Assembly (NCBI GenBank): GCA_023511625.1
Contig: JAIMBD010000008.1
Location: forward strand, 12,969-76,968
Source: Bacillota bacterium
GTDB lineage: Bacteria > Bacillota > Sulfobacillia > Sulfobacillales > Sulfobacillaceae
Reading direction: 5' to 3'
Length of the DNA: 64,000 nucleotides
Under the pieces are notes generated by a model, which was not told the DNA's origin, searched no databases, and saw only the letters and a list, made by a program, of their open reading frames with translations. Position 1 is the first letter of the stretch; each line of letters begins with the position of its first letter. Below are positions 28,961 to 37,243 of this stretch, in pieces. Position numbers and translations under genes: made by a program.

Positions 28961-29801
28961 GTGGACCCTTTGGGATTCCCGACGCTGGGAGGTGTCGGCC
29001 AGCCATGCGGCCGTCCCGGCGGAGAATCTGGGAGGGCTGAGCACAGTCGCCGAAGCCCGGAACGGGGCGACCTGCACCGGGCGGGGGTGGGGGCGTAGGG
29101 ACGCGGAAGCCCTCCCAACTTGGGAGGCGCCTCCTGTCCACCTGCTTCCCCCGAGGCCGGTCACGCGGTGGACGGCTGCGCGGGGCCGGTGCATGGGCCA
29201 CAGTCCTTTCATCTGTTAATGCCGAGGATCCCACGGGTTTTGTGAAACCATCGGACGTTGGCGGGACGTCCCACCACCGGTGGGCGGGTCGGGCCTCCTC
29301 AGAGCCATGCCCGTGGAGGATTCACAGGGGGTCCCGCCACTGCTCGTAGTGTACCACGTTGCCCGGAATCAAGACGCTGCGGTTGATCGTACTGTCGGGG
29401 GTACTGACTGCCCATTTGGCCAAATGGCTTCCAATACTTTGGCCGCCGAGGTTGCCGGCACTTTTGTCGGGGGGCGATTTCTGCAGGGGAAAGTTACTCC
29501 CGTATAAGCACCCTGCACCGCCTCCCTGTCTCGGCTGCATCTTTCCGTCACGCAAACCGCTAGATATACCTGGATAGTCTTCCTCAAGTGGTAATTTGGA
29601 GGTGACGGTTTCGATCGGAAAAACATCCGAAGCCCAGGGAGTATCGCCGGAGACGGTACGCCGATCCTATTCGGCCCTCTCATCCACCCCCGGGTGCTGG
29701 TATCATCACTTCCCAGGCGCGGGGCCTGCGCGTCGATGCGGCAGCCGGTTCAGCTGGAGGCGGTCGCGGTGGGAGTCTTCACCGAATATTGCGAAGCGGC
29801 C

Positions 29802-30005
29802 ATGCGTTCGGTCTGCGTCGAGCGCCGAGACGACGGGCTGTGGTATGCCTTCATTCCTCCGTGCGAGGGCGTCTGGGCCGCAGAACTCACCCGCGAGCAA
29901 GCGCTGCATCTGTTGCGCGAGGTGCTCGAAGAATGGGTGGGGCTCGGTTGGTGGAGTCACACGCCGCTCCCACCGATCAACAGGGCGACGCTTGCTCCTG
30001 GCTAA
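29802..30005 (+). CDS. HicB-like antitoxin (UPF0150 family)
   Basis: MRSVCVERRDDGLWYAFIPPCEGVWAAELTREQALHLLREVLEEWV fits the HicB N-domain pattern. The start is ambiguous (alternatives at 29736 and 29694). Confidence 0.55.
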   Translation: MRSVCVERRDDGLWYAFIPPCEGVWAAELTREQALHLLREVLEEWVGLGWWSHTPLPPINRATLAPG

Positions 30006-30013
30006 GCAGCTGA

Positions 30014-30229
30014 CCGAGGCCCATAAAAGGCCGGGATCTCGTCCGGCGATTCCGGCGGCTTGGGTGGTTGGGGCCGTACACGGGAGGGAAGCACCGGTTC
30101 ATGATGCACCCTGACACCGGTCGTCGGGTTCGCCTTCCCAATCCTCATGGCTCCGATGAGGTCTCCGATCGGCTCTTGGCGGAGATCCTTCGCCAAGCGG
30201 GCATTTCTCGGGACGAATGGGACAAGCTC
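30014..30229 (+). pseudogene. HicA-like toxin remnant (no start codon, no stop at the normal position)
   Basis: Immediately after an in-frame TGA comes PRPIKGRDLVRRFRRLGWLGPYTGGKHRFMMHPDTGRRVRLPNPHGSDEVSDRLLAEILRQAGISRDEWDKL. The frame then runs on for another 190 codons of unrelated sequence. Confidence 0.5.
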
Positions 30230-30479
30230 GGAGATTCACCGAGGGCACTCCCGTCCGATGCCACCGTTCGGATCGCCGCGCGTCTCTCTCGTGATCTTGC
30301 CACCGGTCCCGCGAGGGTCCTGCCGATACGCCGCTTGATCCGCACACCGCACCGCCTAGAGTGCGGATCCGGCGAAGGAATCGGGAAGGCGCAACGGGGT
30401 AAATGGGCTGCGGCTCACGGCGCGCGTCCTCTACGCCGTAGCAACCTCAGGAGGCCGACGCGGCCATTGCCGCCAACCT

Positions 30480-30800
30480 CGCATCCCCGCCACGGGTCCG
30501 TGGGCATCCAGTCGGCCTACGGCAAGGCGCGCGTCGAGCAGGTGGTGCCGCTGCACGCCGATGCTCGTACCGCCTCCCAGGCGTGGCTCGCGCTCCGCCT
30601 CACCCGGCCTGTGCGATCGGCTGTTCGACCTGACGGGGCGGGGCGTCGAGTCGTGACGGGCCTCGCTGGCGGCGCGCGCCGGCCCGAAGGGATGGTCCGC
30701 GAGGGTTGGCGCCGCGGACCAATGCCGACTCTGGCCCCGTTTTGCGAAGAGGGACCTATCGAGAGGAATCAGGGCTGCTCTGCCACTCTATGTCCGCTTT
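30480..30800 (+). pseudogene. Possible tyrosine-recombinase (integrase) remnant spread over several frames
   Basis: GKARVEQVVPLHADARTASQAWLALR resembles the G-K-x-R-x-VPL...A...L..WL segment. LFDLTGRGVES appears in another frame and LRRGT...ESGLLCHSMSAL in a third. This is a by-eye call only. Confidence 0.3.
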
Positions 30801-31073
30801 GAACCCGGCTGATGCCGACCGGGAAAGTCCGGAAAACTATCGGATTCGAGATGCGGAAGCTGAGCCGAGAACTCGCCTTCGAATTCCGCCAACGCAGGCG
30901 TACGCCGACTCCGCATCTACCCTTGCCAAACCAAAGCCATGCCGGTTCCCTGAGGAAGGTCTCGGGGGTCTGGAAGGCATCGGGAAGGTGATGGCCCGGG
31001 CCAGAGGGAAACCGCGAGGATGTGTCGAAGGACTGTAGGGCACCACCGAGTTTTTGGAAAGCGAGGGGGGAGT

Positions 31074-31976
31074 ATGGGAGTGTTGCAAGCCGGTGTCTAT
31101 CCGGCGTTGGTGACGCCGCTCGACGACTCCGGCCGTCTGGCCGAGGCAACCTTGCACCGGTTGCTTCGACACCTCGGTCGTTCGGGAGTAAGCGGGTTTT
31201 CGATTCTCGGTTCTACCGGGGAGTACCCGAGTCTTTCCGCTTCTCTGCGCCATCAATTGATGCGGCGGGTACGGGAGGAGGTGGGGCCCTCGGTCCTGGT
31301 GATTAGTGGGGTGTTGGAAACCAGCTTGCCAAACGTTGTCCGGGAGGCCCATGAGGCCGCCGACGCGGGAATGGATGCGATTTTATTGCCGCCACCCTTT
31401 TACTTCCCCATGACGCCGGGGGAGGTGGGTCGTTTCTACCACGCCGTGGCGGAAAGCAGCCCCATTCCCTTGGTACTTTACAACATCCCTGCCTTTACCA
31501 AGGTGGTCATTCCCATCCCGGTGATTCAAGAAATGGCGAGCCATCCCAATGTCACGGGCCTCAAAGACAGCAGCGGCGACGTGCGATACCTTCAGGCGTG
31601 CGCGGCAGCGACCCAAGACGAGGACTTTTTGTGTCTGACCGGATCGGACGACCTGCTTGTGGCCTCTCTGGCGGTAGGGGCGATGGGTACCATCTGCTCG
31701 AGTGCCAACGTCATCCCGGAGGTCAGCATTGACATCATCCGCCGCTGGCGGCAAGGGGATACCGCCGGGGCCCTGGCCGTTCAGCAGCGCTCGGCGCGCT
31801 TGAATGAGGTCGCCAACAGGTGCGGAGGATATCGGGCCTGGAAGGCGTGCGTCGAACTGTTGGGGGCGACGCCCTGCCGGGTGACGCCACCGTACGAGGA
31901 GGTGTCAGAGGCCGAGCGACAGCGCCTGCAAAAGGCCCTGGAGGCAGCAGAGGCCAAAGCCATTCCCGCCCCTTGA
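31074..31976 (+). CDS. Dihydrodipicolinate synthase/N-acetylneuraminate lyase family protein
   Basis: Motifs ALVTPLD, GSTGEYPSLS, YNIPAFT and GLKDSSGD (Schiff-base Lys context). Confidence 0.85.
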   Translation: MGVLQAGVYPALVTPLDDSGRLAEATLHRLLRHLGRSGVSGFSILGSTGEYPSLSASLRHQLMRRVREEVGPSVLVISGVLETSLPNVVREAHEAADAGMDAILLPPPFYFPMTPGEVGRFYHAVAESSPIPLVLYNIPAFTKVVIPIPVIQEMASHPNVTGLKDSSGDVRYLQACAAATQDEDFLCLTGSDDLLVASLAVGAMGTICSSANVIPEVSIDIIRRWRQGDTAGALAVQQRSARLNEVANRCGGYRAWKACVELLGATPCRVTPPYEEVSEAERQRLQKALEAAEAKAIPAP

Positions 31977-33563
31977 AAAAGGCGGGGGAGTGAGAAATGC
32001 GAGCAGGCGGCGCGGTTCGGGGCGTCTTCACGAGGCCGTCTGCTCATGGCCGTGGAGGGCGGCAGCACTTGACGCCACGGGCTGCGCAATGCTGCCCTCG
32101 AGCGCGCAGAGTTTGTCCGCAGCGTTGGGGGAAACGGCCTTTCGTAGGAGCGAACGGTCCGGATGTAACCCTTGGCATCAGGGCGGACCTTCACGAAGGT
32201 ACGCCCGATTGCACTGGACACCGAGGCATCCATCGTCCCAGCGGGTGAAGCTAAATCCCATCTTGAAAGGGACGGGCATCGCGTTGGTGCGCGATGATGC
32301 CCTCCAGGTTCTCCGGGCTGCGGACCTGTCCCTGCTCGGGGACACAGTTTATTCCGCGCTGCGTACGCACCGCATGGTTCGACGCAACCGGCGCTATTGG
32401 AAACACCGTACCGTCCGACCTGCTTCCTCAACCGGCACCTGGGGCTGTGCGCCGTCTGCGGCCATCGTCCATGCCGGGCGCATGTCGGCCAACGGCCGAC
32501 CACGTCGGTTTCCCCTCGCCAGTTGGCCCCTCCTTGAGGAGCCGCGTAGAACAGCCATCGACTGGCAGAGCGACGGCGAATCCGGGGTCAAAACACTCTG
32601 GAAGGGCCGATCGGCGGTGAGAAGACGCGCAACGTCCCGGATACGCCGCCGTGTCGGTCGCGGGGCTGGACCATCCTGCGAAGTTTGAGCGGTGCGGTGG
32701 TTGCGACGGTTTTTGGCCCTGGCGCCGCGCCAGCCGGACCCCGGATAACAGCTCCCGAAGCGGGCACGGGGGGCCTGGATGGTAGTCCGGAATGGGGACG
32801 AGGTACCAGCGAACCTGCATGGGATTCAGCTTCAGAGGGCTGGTGTTAGCGGCGGCTGCTGGCGCCGCCTGGCGTTATCACACGGTTCAGCAAGCCTCGC
32901 AGGTGGTACGCCAAGCAACCGCCGTCGGGCATTATCACCAGGCCGCCGACGAGCTGACGGCGATCCAGCGACAAGGGTGGCCTCCTTGGACATATTTGGA
33001 AAACTCAGAACAATTACAGGTCCAGACCCTTCTGCAATCTGAAGCGGCGTTTCAATAAGGGGAAACGGCATTCCCGAGCGGGAATTATCAGCAGGCGTTG
33101 AAATGGTGGGCAAAATTCTCCTCTTAGGATGTTCACTATCGCACCGCTCAACAGCAGAGCCGCACCGTTTCGCAGGTATTAATGAGGGGACTGAGCCCGA
33201 GGGGACTATAGCTGCCCGGCGGAGGAAAGGGAGGCTGCCTGCAGCGTTTCGTGGCGACTTGCCACAAAACCACATGCGGGGCAATGCCTTTGGCCATTGC
33301 CCCGCCACCGTCGATCGCATTGCGGCCCCAGGCGCCCGACCGACGGCTCCGCTCCCGGATTGTATTGAGGCCCGCCCTCGCACCGGCGGCTTAGGGGCAT
33401 CGCTGGCGGGCAGCGCCCCGAGCACCGACTAGGTTCAATATAGCGTGACACCAATGCTCAAATGCTCAGGGGTTTCTTTGCCTCCGCATGAGCTTTTTAG
33501 GTGTCTACGATGTCTCCCCTGGCCAAACGACCAGCAGAGGCCCGCGAAAGGAACGGGCCGACG

Positions 33564-33597
33564 CCCGGCGAATTTCGTGCAGAGTCTGCACGAAAAT
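33564..33597. repeat. Copy A of a ~34-nt direct repeat flanking the parA-parG-hicBA module
   Basis: cccggcgaatttcgtgcagagtctgcacgaaaat matches 35302-35335 at about 26 of 34 positions. The shared core is GAATTTCGTkCAGAGTCTG. Confidence 0.6.
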
Positions 33598-33609
33598 CCC
33601 TGTGTCCGC

Positions 33610-33855
33610 CTAGCGCTCCTCGTAGGCCCGCAGAAAGGCGTCGCGCGGAATCCCCGCCTGGCGGAGCACGGTTTGCAACGTGGAGGCCTTCAGCGTGCGG
33701 TGGTTGGGCAGCGTCATCGGCGTCCGGGTGCCGTCGGGGTTGGTGCGCACCAGCGCGATGTGGTTGCCGCGGCGCACCTCCGTAAAGCCGAGCCGGGCCA
33801 GCGCCGCCAACACCCGCGGCAGCGGGGCGTCGCGCGGAAGCCGCCCGTCAGACAT
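33610..33855 (-). CDS. hicA: HicA-family mRNA interferase toxin
   Basis: MSDGRLPRDAPLPRVLAALARLGFTEVRRGNHIALVRTNPDGTRTPMTLPNHRTLKASTLQTVLRQAGIPRDAFLRAY. Confidence 0.75.
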   Translation of the reverse strand: MSDGRLPRDAPLPRVLAALARLGFTEVRRGNHIALVRTNPDGTRTPMTLPNHRTLKASTLQTVLRQAGIPRDAFLRAYEER

Positions 33856-34075
33856 GGGCCTCCCGAATCTCGACGGCCAGCACCGGCTCGTCGTCCCAGG
33901 CCTCCGGACCGAAGGTTGCGAGATGAAATCGCACCGCGCTTTCAACGTCGGCCAAGGCTGCCTCCGCTGTGTCGCCTTCCCCGACGACGACCCCGCGCAA
34001 GCCGACCGGATAGGCCACATAGCCGTCCGGATGGCGCTCGAGAATGATGGGAATCCGGCGGTCCACCGCCCTCAC
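33848..34075 (-). CDS. hicB: HicB-like antitoxin
   Basis: GTG 34075 follows AGGAGG. IPIILERHPDGYVAYPVGLRGVVVGEGDTAEAALADVESAVRFHL. It overlaps the hicA start by 8 nt and the parG-like stop as GTGA. Confidence 0.65.
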   Translation of the reverse strand: MRAVDRRIPIILERHPDGYVAYPVGLRGVVVGEGDTAEAALADVESAVRFHLATFGPEAWDDEPVLAVEIREAHV

Positions 34076-34446
34076 CTCCTGGCTTCCTGGCTTCCTGGCT
34101 TGCTGGATTCCTGGAAATACCGGATGGCCCGCACCACGTAGTCCCGCATGCTGATGCCCTCGGCCGCGCACTGTACCTTCAGGGTGCGCGCAAAGTCGGC
34201 GTCGAATTCGAACGTCACCTTCTTGGTGGCTTTGGCCGACTTAGCATTGCGGGGTTCCTGGGAGGCTGGCATCCCGGATTCCTGGCTTGCTGGATTCCTG
34301 GATTCCTGGATTACGGGAAAGATGGTCAGCTGGTTTTCCGGCAACCCGGATCGCTGGGTTTCCGGAAAGCCAGGGTCGGGCGCCGGCTGATTGAGTTGGT
34401 CCAGCAGGCCGCCCAGACTACTCGTGGACCGGCGAGGGGAAGCCAT
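34072..34446 (-). CDS. Ribbon-helix-helix ParG/omega-like centromere-binding protein candidate
   Basis: The C-terminus KKVTFEFDADFARTLKVQCAAEGISMRDYVVRAIRYF is an RHH pattern. It lies directly downstream of parA. ATG 34446 has a GAGGAGG SD. An alternative short form starts at ATG 34272. Confidence 0.6.
   Translation of the reverse strand: MASPRRSTSSLGGLLDQLNQPAPDPGFPETQRSGLPENQLTIFPVIQESRNPASQESGMPASQEPRNAKSAKATKKVTFEFDADFARTLKVQCAAEGISMRDYVVRAIRYFQESSKPGSQEARR
34075..34114. repeat. 8-bp tandem iterons, array 1 (5 units: cctcctgg cttcctgg cttcctgg cttgctgg attcctgg)
   Basis: Read directly from the sequence. It overlaps the last codons of the parG-like gene and the SD/start of hicB. Confidence 0.8.
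34254..34365. repeat. 8-bp tandem iterons, array 2 (about 14 units ending CYGG)
   Basis: gttcctgg gaggctgg catcccgg attcctgg cttgctgg attcctgg attcctgg attacggg aaagatgg tcagctgg ttttccgg caacccgg atcgctgg gtttccgg. The 8-nt phase is strict. Confidence 0.8.
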
Positions 34447-35186
34447 CGCCCAACACCTCCTCAAAGAGCTGCACATACGCGTGGACCGTCGGATTGTGGG
34501 GGTCGGTCCAGACCGCCGGCTGCCGGTGATAGGTCGGGGCCGCGGCAAACCGGATAGTGCGCGGGATCACGGTCTCGAACACCCAGACGCCGCGGGGGGC
34601 ATAGTAGTGCCGGATCTCCTGGAGAACCTCGGTGCCCAGCGTCGTGCGGGCGTCGAACATCGTCACCAGGATGCCTAAGAGGGTCAGGCGCGGGTTTTCG
34701 CGGGCCCGCACATTCTAGCGCGAAGTGCTCGGCCTGCACCGGCACCAGCACGGCGTCGGCCGCAGCCAAGGCGTTGCCCGTCATCAGCCCCAGCGACGGC
34801 GGGGTGTCGATGAAGACCAAGTCGTAAGGCGGGAAAGCGGCCAAGGCCTCCCGGAGCAGCCGGAAGGGGGCCGGATAGCGGTCGCGGTGGGTCAGCACCT
34901 CGAAGTCCACCAGAGCGAGGTCGTCATGCGCGGGCAACACGCCCAAGCCGTCCGCCAGCGGCACGCAGGCCTGCGCCGGCGCCGCGCCCCGGAACAGCAC
35001 GTCGGCCAACGTCAATTCCAGCGTGTCGACGTTGCCGCCAAAGGAGAGGTACGCGTTGCCCTGGTGGTCCGCATCCACCAGAAGCGTGCGCCACCCGCTT
35101 CGGGCGGCCACCGCCGCCAACGACACGGCGGTCACGGTCTTGCCCACGCCACCTTTGTTCATCGCCACCGCAATGACGTGTCCCAT
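34418..35186 (-). pseudogene. parA: ParA/Soj-type partition ATPase, disrupted (frame change near 34711-34716)
   Basis: The 35186 frame gives MGHVIAVAMNKGGVGKTVTAVSLAA...LLVDADHQGN...DLVFIDTPPSLG...VPVQAEHFALE and then nonsense. The 34711 frame gives VRARENPRLTLLGILVTMFDARTTLGTEVLQEI...VFETVIPRTIRFAAAP. Confidence 0.75.
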
Positions 35187-35301
35187 GTCCTCACCCGCTA
35201 GCCAGCTTGCTGTATTCCCGAGTTTACAGGAACCCGGGCGGCGGCGCTAGCGGAGCGGGATGGCGCTCAAGAACGTTCGGACGTCCTTCGCCCGTGAGGA
35301 A

Positions 35302-35335
35302 GCCGGGGAATTTCGTTCAGAGTCTGACCGCAATT
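35302..35335. repeat. Copy B of the ~34-nt direct repeat (see 33564-33597)
   Basis: gccggggaatttcgttcagagtctgaccgcaatt, about 115 nt upstream of the parA start. Confidence 0.6.
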
Positions 35336-35879
35336 CGTCCCGCGATGACGGGCCGCCTCCACTACACACGCATAGAGCCTCTCTGCGCGGCCTTGGGAGG
35401 AGAGGGCGGGTCTTCCTCGTCTCGCCTGCTAAACGCCCGTCTACGGGCCTCTAAACGCGTCTTCACGGCAGGGACGGCACGCTGCAGATGTCGGTGCGGC
35501 AGGGATGGACACGGCTTCCAGGCGAGCCTATACTGGACGCGAGCACTGACGCGGAGCACAAAAAAAGAGCGCTGCAGGCACCCCCGCCCAGGGTTCCCGT
35601 CCGGCACTCCCGCGCGAGGCCGGAACGCTTCGCCGCCTAGGGGTAGGGTAGCAGACCCAGCGGGCGAAGCACAAGCCTCTTCGGAGGCGTTCCATAGCGT
35701 GAACGTAGCCTGACGCGGGATCCAAGGTCGTCAGGCCTTTTTGTTGCCGGCTGTTGCGGTTGGAAGGCGGCGTAAACAGCAGCAGAACAGCGCTCGTGGT
35801 TGCCGCCCCCGCGCTGCTCCCTGCCCGCCGTATTCACGGGAAGAGCCCCCTCGGTTGTCCAGAAGCAAGGAGGTCTCTT

Positions 35880-36600
35880 GTGGGAGTCAGTATAGCCAAC
35901 CCGCCCCGGTTCCTGCAAGCGCCGGACGAACACGCCCGCCTGCTGCACCCGGCCGGCCCCGGTCTGGTGGTGCTGGCGCGCCGCGACGGGCGCTGGCAGG
36001 AGCAGCGGATTCCCGTCGAGGCGTTGCCAGAGCGCGTCCGCCCTCTGGCTGGCTGCCCCGAGGTCTTCCTAACGCAGAACCGCTTCCGCGGTCCCCGGCG
36101 CATCGCTCATCTGGTGGGCCTCGATGCCCTGTGGGCCGACCTGAACTACCACCGACTGCCCCAGTGGGTCGGCTGGCGGCCCGAAGGCATCTGGGAGCTG
36201 GCAATCGCCCACCTGGAGGCCGCGCGGATCCCCGCGCCGACGCTTGCCATCGCCACGGGGCGCGGCTTGTGCCTGCTGTGGGTGCACTCCTCGGTTCCCC
36301 GCCAAGCCTTGCCGCGCTAGAACGCGTGCCAGCACCGGCTGTACACCGCCCTGAAACCCTTAGGCGCCGACCGGATGGCCCTAGACCTCGACTGCGTACT
36401 GCGGCTCATTGGCACCGTGCACCGCGAGGCCGGCCAAGTGGTATGGGCCTTGACCCCGGTGGGCCGGGTGTGGACCTTCGATGCGCTGGCGGATGAAATT
36501 CTCCCGCTGACGCGCCGGGACTCGGAGGCGACTCATGCCGCCACAATGCCCCGGAGAGAGGCGAGAAGGCCCCTAGAACGCGAGAAAGGGGAGAGGGGTA
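35880..36600 (+). pseudogene. Plasmid/phage-type replication-initiator (or primase-like) gene with an in-frame amber codon
   Basis: AAGGAGG SD plus GTG 35880. Sequence reads VFLTQNRFRGPRRIAHLVGLDALWADLNYH...IPAPTLAIATGRGLCLLWV...QALPR, then TAG (36318-36320), then NACQHRLYTALKPLGADRMALDLDCVLRLIGTVHREAG in the same frame. Confidence 0.5.
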
Positions 36601-36639
36601 TGCCCCCCCCCGTCGCGGTCCAGGCTGGCGCGCAGCGAA

Positions 36640-37031
36640 ATGCTGGCGTTTTTGACCGAGCTCTTTCCCTGGCTTCTGGAGCGAAAGCGGCAGTGAGCGG
36701 GCACACTCAGCGGCGGACAACAGCAGATGCTGGCGGAAGCGCGTTGACGCTGCGCCCGAGGCTTCTGATTTTGGACGAACCATCGCTTGGCCTCGCGCCG
36801 CGCGTGGTCGCGGAGGTGTTCGGGGCGCTGCGAACGATTCGCGAGCGCAGGGGCCTAGCCATTCTGCTGGTAGAACAAAATGCGGCGCAGGCCTTAGGCA
36901 TAGTGGACGAGGTGGTACTGCTGGAAAACGGGAGGCCGGTATTCGTGGGGAGACAAGACGATCCCGCGATCGCGCGGTTCATCCAGCGGGCGTATCTCGG
37001 AGGAGCCGGGACTGGGGCCAACACACGGTAA
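36640..37031 (+). pseudogene. LivF-like branched-chain amino-acid ABC transporter ATPase, 3' remnant with a stop and a frameshift
   Basis: MLAFLTELFPWLLERKRQ, then TGA (36694-36696), then AGTLSGGQQQMLAEAR, then a shift near 36740-36747, then ALTLRPRLLILDEPSLGLAPRVV...LLVEQNAAQAL...AYLGG. The Walker A half is absent. Confidence 0.7.
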
Positions 37032-37243
37032 GGGCTCAACCAGGGACCTAGAAGGCGCCCGGCCTTTCCGGAGGACGTCGGCCGGCCTGACAGCGGCAGG
37101 GATCCCGAACCTGCCCGCGGTCTTGGTGCTCTGGACGTCCCCCGCCGCCTGATCCACAATGGGGCCAGCGATCCTTGCGCCCAGGACCGGCGGGGGGTTC
37201 TGGACAGGCGGAACCTGGGGCGGATGAAGGAGGATGGGAAGCG

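Noticed and set aside
28632-29234. N-terminal 201 codons of the 598-aa ORF 27438-29234.
   Set aside because: R/P/G/H-rich with no hydrophobic or motif content. The lipoprotein signal peptide begins at the internal ATG 28631.
30068-30802. 244-aa ORF taken at face value as one protein.
   Set aside because: Only the first ~54 codons (plus 18 upstream codons lacking a start) are HicA-like. The remainder is unrelated read-through containing integrase-like debris.
31990-33450. Several 80-240-aa ORFs on both strands (31990-32688 plus, 32428-32820 minus, 32832-33425 minus, 33103-33432 plus, 32792-33058 plus).
   Set aside because: No recognisable motifs, mutually overlapping, and noisy composition. 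32792-33058 has the most protein-like composition but no supporting signal. The region is treated as decayed/non-coding.
34075-34365. Tandem repeats considered as a possible CRISPR array.
   Set aside because: The units are only 8 nt, contiguous and without spacers, and no cas genes are nearby. Iterons are the better explanation.
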